Positions 35,694 to 49,700 of a DNA stretch of 64,000 bases are shown here, piece after piece (within the stretch, counting starts at the first letter, position 1; every line of letters begins with the position of its first letter). Below the pieces are notes generated by a model. The model was not told the origin of the DNA, made no database searches, and was given only the letters and a program-made list of their open reading frames with translations. A program made the position numbers and the translations under genes. The stretch comes from Eledone cirrhosa (lineage: Eukaryota). The stretch spans positions 24,924,001-24,988,000 of the forward strand of contig OZ024757.1 in assembly GCA_964016885.1 (NCBI GenBank). The letters run 5' to 3'.

Positions 35694-36325
35694 TATATAT
35701 AAAATTATGTTGGAAGATTTTAATTTAAACTAGACCACCCGTGACCCGTTAGGTCACGTTCCCTTCAAAATATTTTTTAAAAATTATGTACACTTAAAAA
35801 TAATTTTCTAATAATTAAAATATACACAGACATGTATATAATGTGAAATGAAACTGGAAGGCCCATATATATACGTGTGTATATGTATATATATAAATGT
35901 GTGTGTTTAAATACATATATATATGTAAGCAGGGAAAAGCAGACGTAAAATGATGATGATGATGATGTGTGTGTGTGTATATATATATGTGTGGGTAGAC
36001 ACACACACACTCACATATATATATGTACACAACTTCAACAGCTCTCTCTCTCTCTTCCATTCTCCTCCTCTGTCTCTCTCTCAATCTACTCTCTCACAAC
36101 CCTTATCTCTCTCTCTCTGTTCTTCTCTCTCTCTATTTATGAAGGTACCCAGAAAACCCCATATCTTGGGAAGCCGTGATTCGATTTACGCAAAACCTGT
36201 TTTATTCAATTTGTATTCCCATTTCAGGGTCAACTTCCTTTCAAAGTATTTTCCCGTTATGCGCTCTTTTGGTTGTATTACATTAGAGACAAGCAAGCAA
36301 GCAAATCACAGAATTTTAGAAATCA

Positions 36326-36850
36326 TCTTCGTTTAACGTCCATCTTCCATGCTAGCATGGGTTAGACAGGAGTTGTCCCACTTGAGGCAAGGTTGGTCGG
36401 GTGACTGTGTGTCGCTCATATAGGACTGTCTGGCAGGTTTTCTACGGCTGGATGTCCTTCCTAACACCAACCACGTTTACAGTGTGCAACTGGGAGGTTT
36501 TTACCGTGTTACCTACACAGCCACATTACAGTGTGGACTGTTTTTTTTTTTGTCGTGACACCTACACAATCTCGATCTCATTTATTTGGACTGGATGTTG
36601 TAGGGTAGGGGTAGTGGATTGGGGTGTATACTGACTGTAGGTTTTGCTTTGTACATAGGCAAGGCGGGTCTTCTGTATTACTGCGTAGCGCCAAAGATCT
36701 CGGTCCAGTGACATTGTCTTAGAGAGGTGCAAGTGTGTAAGGTCGGAACTTATCAAATCATCCCAGGTTTTTCTGGGTCTACCTACTCCGTAACTACCAT
36801 CAATTTTGATCACCCTGCACTTTTTTATCCAGCTGTCGTCTTTCATGCGT
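36326..36850 (-). mobile_element. RTE LINE 3' fragment, same family as 2576-5210
   Basis: GRPRKTWDDLISSDLTHLHLSKTMSLDRDLWRY plus the shared 3' UTR. Confidence 0.9.
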
Positions 36851-37094
36851 ATAGATAGATAGATATATTTCTTTATTAGCCACAGGGGCACAAAAGGAGG
36901 GGACAAATACAAAGGGGGAAGTTTACATACAAGATAGATAGATAGGAAACCTTTAAAATGGCTGGTTTTGTTTCGTAGAACCAGAGCTTATTTTGGCTAA
37001 GTTGGTATCAAAAGTGTTATTGAAATATTTTGAGGAATTTACTAAAATAGTTATTTCATTACTAAGATAATAACATAAGGTTTATATAAAAATT

Positions 37095-37757
37095 ATGTTT
37101 CTTATATAGGCACAAGGCCAGCAATTTTGGAGGAGGGGAAATTGATTAAATTGACCCCAGTGTGTGGCTGGTACTTTATTTTATCGACCCCCTTAAGGAT
37201 GAAAGGCAAAGTTAACCTCGGCGGGATTTGAACTCAGAATGGCAAGGGCCGTAACTCTATGCGTCAAAGCATGGCGTCCGACCCTCTACCGATACTGCCA
37301 ATCCACCGCCCTCAAAAGGCAAAATATAATAATGGTTTCTTATATAGGCACAAGGCCAGCAATTATCCCAGTGTATGACTGGTACTTTATTTTATTGACC
37401 CCATAAGGATGAAAGGCAAAGTTAACCTCAGCGGGATTTGAACTCAGACTATAAAGGGCCGTAACTCTCTGCTGCAAAGCATGGCGTCTGACCCTCTACC
37501 GATACTGTCAATCCACTGCTCTAAATAATAATAAATATAATAATAATAATTTCTACTTTAGGCACAAGGCCAACAATTTTGGGGGAGGGGAAAGTCGATT
37601 AAATCAACTCCAGTGTGTGACTGGTACTTTATTTTATCAACCCCGTAAGGGTGAATGGCAAAGTTAACCTCGGTGGGATTTTAAATCAGAATGTAAAGGG
37701 CCCTAACTCTATGCCACAAACAGAGTGTCCGGCGCTCTACCGATACTGCCAATCCAA
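37095..37757 (-). mobile_element. Three head-to-tail SINE family A copies
   Basis: Three consecutive consensus matches. Confidence 0.85.
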
Positions 37758-37811
37758 ATAATATTAATTTTAACCAGCGGTATGAGGAGAGGGGAACCTA
37801 GAACTTGCTTA

Positions 37812-38535
37812 GTACTTTATTCTGTTGACCCCAGAAAGGGATGAACTTGGTACTTTATTCCCAGAAAGGGATGAACTTGGTACTTTATTCCCAGAAAGGG
37901 ATGAACTTGGTACTTTATTCCCAGAAAGAGATGAACTTGGTACTTTATTCCCAGAAAGGGATGAACTTGGTACTTTATTCCCAGAAAGAGATGAACTTGG
38001 TACTTTATTCCCAGAAAGGGATGAACTTGGTACTTTATTCCCAGAAAGGGATGAACTTGGTACTTTATTCCCAGAAAGGGATGAACTTGGTACTTTATTC
38101 CCATAAAGAGATGAACTTGGTACTTTATTCCCAGAAAGAAATGAACTTGGTACTTTATTCCCAGAAAGGAATTAACTTGGTACTTTATTCCCAGAAAGGA
38201 ATTAACTTGGTACTTTATTCCCAGAAAGGGGTGAACTTGGTACTTTATTCCCAGAAAGAGATGAACTTGGTACTTTACTCCCAGAAAGAGATGAACTTGG
38301 TACTTTATTCCCAGAAAGGGATGAACTTGGTATTTTATTCCCAGAAAGAGATGAACTTGGTACTTTATTCCCAGAAAAGGATGAACTTGGTATTTTATTC
38401 CCAGAAAGAGATGAACTTGGTTCTTTATTCCCAAAAAGAGATGAACTTGGTACTTTATTCCCCAAAAGGGATGAACTTGGTACTTTATTCCCAGAAAGAG
38501 ATGAACTTGGTACTTTATTCCCAGAAAGAGATGAA
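37812..38535. repeat. 30-bp minisatellite derived from the SINE family A core
   Basis: Unit ccagaaagggatgaacttggtactttattc (~23 copies), continuing into atgaaagacaaaggtgacc...tttgaactcagaat. Confidence 0.95.
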
Positions 38536-38640
38536 AGACAAAGGTGACCATGGAGGAATTTGAACTCAGAATCTCAAGATTCCATCAATCCACTACACTA
38601 ATAATAATAATTATAATAACCATGATAGTAGTAGTCTAAA

Positions 38641-38825
38641 TAATTGTTTCTACTTTTGGCACAAGGCCAGCAATTATTCAGTACATTACTGGTACTTTAT
38701 TTTATCGACCCCGTAAGGATGAAAGGCAAAGTTGACCTCGGCGGGATTTGAACTCAGAATGGACAGGGCTGTAACTCTATGCTGCAAAGCATGGTGTCCG
38801 ACTCTCTACCGATACTGCCAATCCA
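38641..38825 (-). mobile_element. SINE family A
   Basis: Consensus match. Confidence 0.85.
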
Positions 38826-38868
38826 ACTCTAAATAATAGATGGTGATGATGATGATTATAATGATGAT

Positions 38869-38900
<32 letters not shown>

Positions 38901-40694
38901 TGATGATGATGACAATGTAAACAATACCAGAAGGCCGAGTGTCAATATTGTAGGTTTAATGTTGTTATGGTATTCACTGGAGTATTAATTCCTATCAATT
39001 GACTGGACAATAGATGATCTATTGGTGGTCTGGTGGGGTGTAGAAAATGCCAGGCTCACACCTACATGTCATTATATATATATCATCATCATCATCGTTT
39101 AACATCTATCTTCTATGCTAGCATGGGTTAGACTATATATATATCGCGAAACCGCATGGCTTAGTGCTTAGAGCATTGGGCTTGCATTCGAAAGGTTGTG
39201 AGTTCAATTCTCAGACCGGGTGATGTGTTGTTTATTTCACATTGCTCCAGTTTACTCAGCTGTAGAAATGAGATGATAGGGACTGGGGTCCCTATCATTT
39301 CACTGTAAAGTGGATGTAGAGGTGCCACGGCAAAAAAGCACCCAGCACTCACTGTAAATGAGGTTGGTGTTAGGAAGGGCATCCAGCTGTAGAAATCAAG
39401 CCTGAATCAGTTCCCGTCCCACCCTTGCAAGCAGGGAAAAGCGGACGTAAAATGATGATGATGATGATATATATATATATATACATATATATATCGACTT
39501 TCGTCAAATCGGACTGAGGAAACAATGTTGCCATGGTCTTTCCAATTGCTAGTACTATCTATCGGTCACAACTCCAAGTAGAAGGAGCAACGTGAAATAA
39601 AGTGTCTTGCTCAAGGACATAACACATTGCCCAGTCTGGGAATAGAACTCACACCCTCACAATTGCGAATCCAATTCTCTGACTACTTAGCCACACATCT
39701 TCACTTTATAAATGTGTATTTGAATTTTGTATTTTTAAAGAACTACGGTATGTTTATAAGTAAACATTTAGAAAGCCGTAGTTATGTAAAAACATTGGTA
39801 GCTATCGCCCTCTGGTTATGTCCAGCAGAAGCAAGGGGGACAATCATCGATGCATTTCGAACTTAACTGGTTCTCGCCAAGACGATCTCTCCTGCTCTTG
39901 CCACTGTTGGACTTTGAAAACAGGCGAAAATATATAGTTTTTTTCGTTTGTGTAAATGAGGTGATTAATCTTAATTGCATATTGTCATTGTCTCTGTTAT
40001 CTCAGTGATTTGAGGTCAGCTCACACAACCTCTGCCCAGGTCTTTCTTGGTCTACTTCTACAGCAACTTCCTGGCACTTCTTCACCCAATGATCATCATC
40101 CAAGTGCATCACATATCCAAACAACATTATAGGATGTTGCAGAAAAATTTTAGAATGAACTGATTGTATTTTATAGATACATATACACACATTTTTATAT
40201 ATATTTTTATATATTCAATAAGTGGTTGTATGTGTAGGAATATAGATTAGTGTGTGTATGTATGTGTGTGTCTATGTGTCTATTCGTGTGTACCTGTATG
40301 TTCCACTTAAGATAGAATAATTGTTAAGAGGAGGTAGTATTATATTTGTCAAAGATATATGAGGATGTGTGTATGTATGTCTGCCAGTAGGCATGCTTTT
40401 CACAATTTTCAAACAACAGAGTCATGAAACTTGTGCTACAACCAGCAGCAGGTCACACTAATCAAAGAGTAGCCCATTCAACCATTGACAATATATATCT
40501 GTCAACAAGGGGACCTATTTCTTAGTTGTTTCCAAAGATCACAGATCATCTAGTCGACATTACAAGTTTTGTTGTAATTTCAAGTTCTTTTGTATTTGTT
40601 ACTGGTAGCTTAGCTAATATTTAAATTATGAGCAGATGTATATAGTTAATTAAAATTGAACAAAAAAAACACATTTTAATTAGATAGATTCTAA

Positions 40695-40990
40695 TGAAGG
40701 TGAATGGCTTAGTGGTTAGAGCATTAGGCTTGCAATCGGGAGGTTGCGAGTTCGATTCTTAGACCGGATGATGCATTGTGACCTTTATTTCACGTTGCTC
40801 CAGTTTACTCACTGGTGCCAAGCTGTATTGGTCATTGCCTTTCCCTTGGACAACATCGGTGGTGTGGAGAGGAGAGACTGGTATGCATGGGTGACTGTTG
40901 GTCTTCAACAAACAACCTTGCCTGGTCTTATGCTTCTGAGGGGAACTTTCTAGGTGCAAATCCCACAGTCATTCATGACTAAAAGGGGGA
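40695..40990 (+). mobile_element. SINE family B
   Basis: Match to 53335-53675. Confidence 0.75.
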
Positions 40991-41090
40991 CTTGAAGCTA
41001 GTACTACAGAGTTGTGTGTGTGTGTGTGTGTGTGGAGAAGTTGTGGATGTGAATGTGTGTATATGGCATTTATTATATGTGTATATATAC

Positions 41091-41280
41091 GGTGGTGGAT
41101 TGGTAGTATCGGTAGAGGGTCGGACGCCATGCTTTGACGCATAGAGTTACAGCCCTTTCCATTCTGAGTTCAAATTCCGCCGAGGTTAACTTTGCCTTTC
41201 ATCCTTACGGGGTCGATAAAATAAAGAACCAGTAATGTACTGGGATAATTGCTGGCCTTGTACCAAAAAGTAGAAACAAT
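41091..41280 (+). mobile_element. SINE family A
   Basis: Consensus match. Confidence 0.85.
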
Positions 41281-41708
41281 TCATCATCATCATCATCGTT
41301 TAACGTCCATCTTCCACGCTTGCATGGGTTTGGACAGGAGTTTTCCCACTTGAGGCAAGATTGGTTGTCCTGCTCGTATAGGACTGTCTGTATATGTGTA
41401 TATATACTAGAGTGTTTGTTTAATTAGAGTTATTGTTGTGACTGTTACTGGTTGTTGTGCTAAACAATTAAAATACTTTAAACTACAGGTGGATTAATAC
41501 ATTTTTAGTTTACTAGAATATTTTTCAACATGCTGACGCGTATGTGTATATGTGCGTGTGCATGTGTGTATGTAGATTGTACACACGTGTGTAGTGAATG
41601 TTAGACAGTTTTCTGCAGTTTGTCATCACCCCTTCCTTTCTCAGTCATCTCTAGTGTGTGACGGAAGTTTCTCGAATTTATATCTAGATTTTAATATTTA
41701 AAATTTCG

Positions 41709-41747
41709 ATGAGTTCTTGTACAACCAAATCAAAAGGCGTATGTAAG
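41709..41747 (+). CDS. Tentative first coding exon of the PLP-dependent lyase gene (MSSCTTKSKGVCK)
   Basis: ATG-initiated open frame in non-repetitive sequence ending AAG|gtactt in phase 0, compatible with the exon at 44085. No homology support. Confidence 0.3.
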
Positions 41748-42599
41748 GTACTTATTGAGCTTGTATGTGTGTGTGTTTGTGCCCACATACAGATGTGTGT
41801 GTGAGTGGTTGTTTGAGGGAGGTGATGACAATATTCAATGTAGTGAAATAGGTTGTGTAGGTAATTATTATTTATTGGTTATGTATTGTAGCAGCCCTGT
41901 GTTTGTCTTGGGTACCTATGTGTACTGACGGGGGAGCCCACATGGAATTAGATGTTGATAGTTCTGTAATGGAGTGCCTAGATGAGTATTGTCATTTTAA
42001 TGCCACTCTTGGATTGGTGTTGTGGTGCAAACCTATTCAGAAGTAAACCTGAGTGACTTAACTCTTTAGCATTTAAACTGGCCGTATCTGGCCAGAATTC
42101 TCTCCCCTCTTTCTGTTCAAACCACAATCGATGTACGGAAAAATAAAATAGCCTTCAGAATAGGACTTCAAAATAGGACTTCAGAAACCTATGTATGAAA
42201 TTTGGTGCAAATCAGTTGCAAAATGTAGAAATGCATGCGGTTACACAGACAGACAGACATCTTCTGTATAATATATATATATATATATATAAACAATGAG
42301 TTTAAGACTTAGTTGATATGTAATCAACTGACATGTGTATAACAGATACGAAGCACTCAACAAATAATATTTATCTGGAGTAGTATGATAATAAGAGTAA
42401 TAAACGAAAGTTATATACTTTAGTGATGATATAAAGTATATATCTTTCGTTTATTACTATATATATATATAACATATTAAACTTAAGCCAAAAAACTCAA
42501 TTTAGGGAAGTATTTTCCATGCAAGCATGGAAAATGAACGTTAAATCATGATGATGATGATGATATATATACCTACAGTCAGCAAGCACTTCTTAATCA

Positions 42600-42930
42600 A
42601 ATATACACCCCCATCCGACTACCCCAACTCCCCCACCCCCAACCCCATCTACACCACCCCTTTCTCTGTAAAGTCCTAAATAAATGAGGTTGTGTAGGTG
42701 TCACGACAAAAACACACAGTCCACGCTGTAATGTGGCCATGTAGGTAACATGGTAAAAACCTCCCAGTCCACACTGTAAACGTGGTTGGTGTTAGGAAGG
42801 GCATCCAGCCGTAAGAAAACCTGCCAGACAGTCCCATACGAGCGAGACGACCAATCTTGCCTCAAGTGGGACATTTCCCGTCTAAACCCATGCTAGCGTG
42901 GAAGATGGATGTTAAACGATGATGATGATC
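42600..42930 (+). mobile_element. RTE 3' UTR fragment
   Basis: Reverse complement of ~2580-2920, ending gttaaacgatgatgatgat. Confidence 0.8.
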
Positions 42931-44084
42931 ATCATCATCATTAATTAATATCTGTTTTTTCAGCTTGCCTGTGTTTGATGGGTCACAGACATAGTCAATA
43001 TTCAAACAAGACTACTGACCTCTCAGGTAGGTTGAAGTCCTGCACTACACTTACATACAATCCAACGCTTTACTGAGTTCATTTTATCTTGGCACCAGCT
43101 GTAGGGAGGCTGTCATGACCTTGACACAGCTGAAGGATCCTCCCAGCCCTTTGTTTGGCAAGCTTTTTCTGGCTGGATGCCCTTCCTATCACCAAACACT
43201 TTATAGCATGTACTAGGTGTGTTTATCATGTAGATCACCAACACTAGGGAGGTTGTCATGAGCTTGACACAGCTGAAGGGTCCTCCTACCTTTTGTTTGG
43301 CAAGCATTCTACAGTTAGATGTCCTTCCGATTACCAACTATTTTACAGTGTTTATTGGGTGCGTTTATCGAGTAGATCACCAACACTAGAGAGGTTGTTG
43401 CACTGCTGACCTGACTGAAGGGTCCTTCCAACCCTTTCTGGCATTGCTTCTACAGCAGGGAGCCCTTCCTATCATCAACCATCTTACAGGATATAGAGGG
43501 TGTATTAGGTGTACTGTCTCAAAATAGGTTTTCATATATATATTGCTTAAACATCATTTTTCTCATGTTCCATTTTTCCAGGTGAAACCAGAAACAGCTT
43601 GAAACCCATAAAACCAAAGTTTCCACATCAAACCAGGTTTTCTACACCACACCAAGTTTTCCACACCTAACCAGGTTTTCCACACCAAACCAGGTTTTCC
43701 ACACCAAACCAGGTTTTCCATACCTAACTAGGTTTCAATACTAAACCAGAATTTCCACACCAAAACTGCAATAATGGCTAAAAGACATCTTGATTTATTC
43801 CTGCCATGTGATGTACAAAAACTGTTGACAGCACCTAATGTAAATATCACATCTTTCTTTCTTCATTTATTTTTTTTATATTCTTATATTATTCTGCTTG
43901 ACTAACACCACTATCACCCTACCACCAATACCACAATCACCACTACTACAACCACCACAACCACCACCATCACCACCACCACCACAATAAACATTATCAG
44001 AAACACACAACAAACACCATCACAACTGTTCCCACCACTACCATTGTATCTTCTCTCTCTCTTCTGTATTCTGTATTTAACCAG

Positions 44085-44195
44085 GAACTGTATGAAGCCC
44101 CCTACTTCCCCATAGAACTGCCAACATTTGATGAATATAAAGACAATCCCCCAAAGTTTGGTGAAGAAATGAGAAGAAAACATTTTTTTCTAGAG
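44085..44195 (+). CDS. Class V PLP lyase (Egt2/LCD-like) exon: ELYEAPYFPIELPTFDEYKDNPPKFGEEMRRKHFFLE
   Basis: Pyrimidine-rich acceptor ...tttaaccag, donor gtaagt, phase 0/0. FGxxMRxxHF.L is the typical N-terminal motif of Egt2/LCD/CefD-like proteins. Confidence 0.88.
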
Positions 44196-44261
44196 GTAAG
44201 TCACAAGATAGTCCACTCTAAATAACCATTTTTTTTTACTGTCTAGACTCCAGTCCAGAGC

Positions 44262-45450
44262 TAGCACTACCATTAAGGCCAGCCAGGCAACCACCTAGGG
44301 CACAGACCTCAGGGAGGTGCTACCATTAGCCCCAACTAAACAGCCACCTTGGGCACAGATCTCAGAGAGGTGCTATCATTAGGCCCAACTAAACAGCTAC
44401 CTGGAGCACAGATCTCAGAGAGGTGCTACCATTAGCCCCAACTAAACAGCCACCTAGGGCACAGGCTACAGGAGGTGCTATCATTAGGCCCAACTAAACA
44501 GCTACCTGGAGCACAGATCTCAGAGAGGTGCTACCATTAGCCCCAACTAAACAACCACCTAGGGCACAGGCTACAGGAGGTGCTATCATTAGGCCCAACT
44601 AAACAGCTACCTGGAGCACAGATCTCAGAGAAGTGCTACCATTAGCCCCAACTAAACAGCCACCTTAGGCACAGATATCAGGGAGGTGCTACCATTAGCC
44701 CCAACTAAACAGCCACCTAGGGCACAGATATCAGGGAGGTGCTACCATTAGCCCCAACTAAACAGCCACCTAGGGCACAGATCTCAGAGAGGTGCTACCA
44801 TTAGCCCCAACTAAACAGCCACCTAGAGCACAGATATCAGAGAGGTGCTACCATTAGCCCCAACTAAACAGCCACCTAGAGCACAGATATCAGAGAGGTG
44901 CTACCATTAGCCCCAACTAAACAGCCACCTAGAGCACAGATCTCAGAGAGGTGCTACCATTAGCCCCAACTAAACAGCCACCTAGGGCACAGATATCAGG
45001 GAGGTGCTACCATTAGCCCCAACTAAACAGCCACCTAGGGCACAGATCTAAGATAAGAGAGGTGCTACCATTAGGCCCAACTAAACAGCCACCTTGGGCA
45101 CAGATCTCAGAGAGGTGCTACCATTAAGGCCCAAATAAACAGCCACCTAGAGCACAGATATCAGGGAGGTGCTACCATTAGCTCCAACTAAACAGCCACC
45201 TAGGGCACAGATCTCAGAGACGTGCTACCATTAGCCCCAACTAAACAGCCACCTTGGGCCCAGATCTAAGAGAGGTGTTACCATTAGGCCCAACTAAACA
45301 GCTACCTAGGGCACAGATCTCAGAGAGGTGCTACCATTAAGGCCAGCTAATGAGCCACCTAGGGCACAGATCTCAGAGAGGTGCTACCATTAAGGCCAGC
45401 TAATGAGCCACCTAGGGCATATTCTTCAGAAAAGTGCTACCATTAAAGCT
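44262..45450. repeat. 53-bp intronic minisatellite (~22 copies)
   Basis: Unit gctaccattagccccaactaaacagccacctagggcacagatctcagagaggt. Confidence 0.95.
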
Positions 45451-45948
45451 GAAGTGGGGAGCAGTGAAGGTATCTTCTACTTGAGTCATCCCGCCATCGA
45501 AGGTGAGGCTTTCATTTTGCTTTTTCTACTGGCTAGAATATATGTGGCTCACCACACCTGCATACTCATAGATTTCTCTGCTAACTGGAGCAGTTGTTCC
45601 AACCCATTGTTGAATTAATAGTTAATCATCTGAGAAGCCAATGACATTCATGACAACGAGGTCATCTAATTAAACTGATGATCCTCACATGAGCTGCTAC
45701 TTACTATGGGAAAAGAAGGATTTGTATCGAGGTATACTCCTCTAGATCTGACCCCTTCTGCTATACTATGCTATGATAGTTATATCAGAGGAACCCCATG
45801 TAGGATGTGACTTTTCACCATGTAAGTCGGTCTTTCAACTGAGAGGGGTTAGGTGCTCAGCTTGAATGAGCATACATTGTATCATCGGTTTGCTGAGTGG
45901 CATCTTAAACAGACTCAGGGACGCCACAAAATACCATCCAGTGCCAAC

Positions 45949-47262
45949 CATCTCGAAACATATTTGGATTTTAAAGTTTAAACTTATCCACGGAACAGGT
46001 TTGATTTTGAAATTTAAATGTGTCTAAACATCATAGCCATTTGGCAATGCAGTTCGTCTTTGTTGATTTATTATTTTAAATCGATATGGACAAACTGTAG
46101 TATAATAATTAGTATACTTCATTCTGGCTAAATTTTCTTTTGCAATATAAATACAGATGTGTTGGTATCTGTGTTTCATCATATATATTAGTTTATACAC
46201 GGCTCAGAAATATTTCCTTCTTCGAGATAATTCCATTGTAAAAGAATTCATTACACTTGTAGTGACCTACATTCCGCGGGCTCACATACATTCTCTGTGC
46301 GTGATTTGGCTCAGTTCAGCCAATCAGCGCCAGTAGAAGAGGATGTATCCCTACGCGTCCTGAGGAAGAAATTCCCCGCAAAGATTTGAAGAATCTCTCT
46401 CTTGTACCAGAAACTTCGAGCCAGCAACACGCATAATGTAACAGTGAGATTTGCACCCTAGCCTCGCCGGCTTAACGGCACAATGGCACATTCCCTTTTG
46501 TAACATCTTTGTATCTGTAACTTCAACCATATAAATAAACAAACATTTCATCTCTAATTACTGCTGTTGAAATCGTTGTTATGTTACTCGTGTCTCAATG
46601 AAATCTATAATCCATGCTGCTGGAATTGGCGACCTGACGAAAGGAATATTGTAAATAGATGGTAAATAGATCGAGGGACCTTCCCTCACGTCTATGTCAA
46701 CAAGATAACCCAACGAGGATACTATCACTTACCACACTGGCAACTAACGACCTTCAATCATCTACCCTGTTAAAGTGGCGACTACAATAATAACTAATAC
46801 TGCTAAACACTTAATAATATAACTGCTCCTAGGCTGAGCTGAACGTTGCCTCATATATACGACTGTTATTTCTAGCAGTATGGTTATGAGACTGGCTAGA
46901 AACTGTAAACCATGTGCGTTACACAGTCTTTTAAATTATTTAGAAGTGAAGCATATCAATTTGTACTTGGATGTTTACTGAGGAGAGCAGGACATGATAT
47001 TCCTACACTTATTCATCTCGAAACATATTTGGATTTTAAAGTTTAAACTTATCTGCGGAACAGGTTTGATTTTGAAATTTAAATGTGTCTAAACATCATA
47101 GCCATTTGGCAATGCAGTTCGTCTTTGTTGATTTATTATTTTAAATCGATATGGACAAACTGTAGTATAATAATTAGTATACTTCATTCTGGCTAAATTT
47201 TCTTTTGCAATATAAATACAGATGTGTTGGTATCTGTGTTTCATCATATATATTAGTTTATA
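45949..47262. repeat. 249-bp near-identical direct repeats (45949-46197 and 47014-47262)
   Basis: Only visible difference is atccacgg vs atctgcgg. Confidence 0.9.
46258..46786 (+). mobile_element. Possible solo LTR
   Basis: Termini TGTAGT...ACTACA, internal CCAAT and AATAAA (~46535). No clear target duplication. Confidence 0.4.
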
Positions 47263-47280
47263 TATATATATATATATATA

Positions 47281-47468
47281 TGTTTTTACTTTTGGCACAA
47301 GACCAGCAATTACCTAGTACATTACTGGTACTTTATTTTATCGACCCCGTAAGGATGAAAGGCAAAGTTAACCTCGATAGGATTTGAACTCAGAATGGCA
47401 AGGGGCGTAACTCCATGCATCAAAGCATGGCGTCCGACCCTCTACCATTACTGCCAATCCACCGCCTT
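47281..47468 (-). mobile_element. SINE family A
   Basis: Consensus match. Confidence 0.85.
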
Positions 47469-47830
47469 ATATATATATATATATAATGTTTTACCCAGTG
47501 TATTATGCCGTGATATTTCAGGGCTAATACCCTCTTTTCAAATGCAGTGCTAAAACAGTCCAAGATAAAACAAACAAATGATTTGAGCTTTCTACTGTAA
47601 GAGAAGAAAGTTCAAATTGTTGAAAGAGGGTAATAGCCTTGAAATATCATGCCACAATACACTGGCTAAAACATTACTTTACTTTGTTTTGTTTTCTTTC
47701 ATTTATCCTTCATATTTTCTACCACATTGTACTAGCTTTTAAAAAACTTATCAGTCATTTACTACATATATCACAATGCTTTGTATTAACTATATTGTTA
47801 TATATATATATATATTATATATATATATTA

Positions 47831-47892
<62 letters not shown>

Positions 47893-47908
47893 ATTATATA
47901 GATATATA

Positions 47909-47948
<40 letters not shown>

Positions 47949-48033
47949 TATATATATGTATGTATTATATATATATATGTATATGTATGTATTATATATA
48001 TATATATATATAATATATATATAATACATATAC

Positions 48034-48073
<40 letters not shown>

Positions 48074-48101
48074 AATATATTTTCTTCTTCGTCTATTTTA
48101 G

Positions 48102-48170
48102 CCAGAGGTAACCTATCTAAATCATGGAGCCTTTGGTTCAGTTTTATCCGAATCTCTTGAGACTTGCCAG
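48102..48170 (+). CDS. PLP lyase exon: PEVTYLNHGAFGSVLSESLETCQ
   Basis: Acceptor ttcgtctattttag, donor gtaacg, phase 0/0. Contains the family motif LNHGAFG. Confidence 0.93.
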
Positions 48171-48313
48171 GTAACGAGCACCATAAAATCCTCATAAACC
48201 CCCTCTTTCTTTCTTTCTCTTTCTTCCATTCTTTCATTCACTCATTCTTCTGTAAATTGTTATTGATCTGATCTGTACATATAATGGCTGTTATTATATA
48301 TCTATAATAGATC

Positions 48314-48352
<39 letters not shown>

Positions 48353-48457
48353 CTGTATATATATATGTCTGTATATATATATATATATGTCTGTATATAT
48401 ATATATATATGTCTGTATATATATATATGTCTGTATATATATATATATATATATATG

Positions 48458-48514
<57 letters not shown>

Positions 48515-48569
48515 GTCTGTATATATATATATATATATATGTCTGTATATATATATATATATATATATG

Positions 48570-48613
<44 letters not shown>

Positions 48614-48627
48614 TGTATATATATATG

Positions 48628-48673
<46 letters not shown>

Positions 48674-48955
48674 TGTATATATATATGTCTGTATATATAT
48701 GTCTGTATATGTATATATGTCTGTATATATATATAATGTGTATATATATATATATATATATAGATGTGTTTGTGTGTGTATGTATGTATACATATTCTTG
48801 TGTATATATATAATAAAAAATGACGACCACTGAGATACAAAAAACAATTAGTCTTAGGTATATAGGGTTAGTGTGTATATATATATAGAGAGAGAGAGAT
48901 AGAGTGAGAGAGTTTATGTTTATAATGGGGCTATAGATTTCAAGTACACACACAC

Positions 48956-49028
<73 letters not shown>

Positions 49029-49146
49029 CATATATATATATATATATACACATACACATATATATATATATATATATGCACACACACATATATATATATA
49101 CACATACACTCACATATATATATGTATATATATATATACACATTTA

Positions 49147-49184
<38 letters not shown>

Positions 49185-49284
49185 CACACACATATATATA
49201 TATATAACAATGTATAGTCCCAGAGAGGTATAATCTGAACATGTATAAGTGTGTTACAATAGAAAGTAAAAGCTTTATAGGAAA

Positions 49285-49700
49285 GTATTGGTGTGACAAT
49301 GGAATGCACCCAGTTGACCCTGTAATGTGGTAGTGCTTGTCTCACAATGGAATACACCCAGTTCACCCTGTAATGTGGTAGTGTTTGTGACACAATGGAA
49401 TACAACCAGTTCACCCTGTAATGTGGTAGTGCTTGTGTCACAATGGAATTCACCCTGTAATGTGGTAGTGCTTGTGTCACAATGGAATTCACCCTGTAAT
49501 GTGGTAGTGCTTGTGTCACAATGGAATTCACCCTGTAATGTGGTAGTGCTTGTGACACAATGGAATACACCCAGTTCACCCTGTAATGTGGTAGTGCTTG
49601 TGTCACAATGGAATACACCCAGTTCACTCTGTAATGTGGTAGTGCTTGTGTCACAATGAGATGCACCCAGTTCACCCTGCAATGTGGTAGTGCTGATATC
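49285..49700. repeat. 39/48-bp minisatellite related to the RTE 3' UTR repeat
   Basis: Unit cacccagttcaccctgtaatgtggtagtgcttgtgtcacaatggaata, followed by taggaagggcatccagcc. Confidence 0.85.

Noticed and set aside
39810-39915. Possible minus-strand terminal exon (SNSGKSRRDRLGENQLSSKCIDDCPPCFCWT*)
   Set aside because: No recognisable homology or linked exons; two frames are similarly open.
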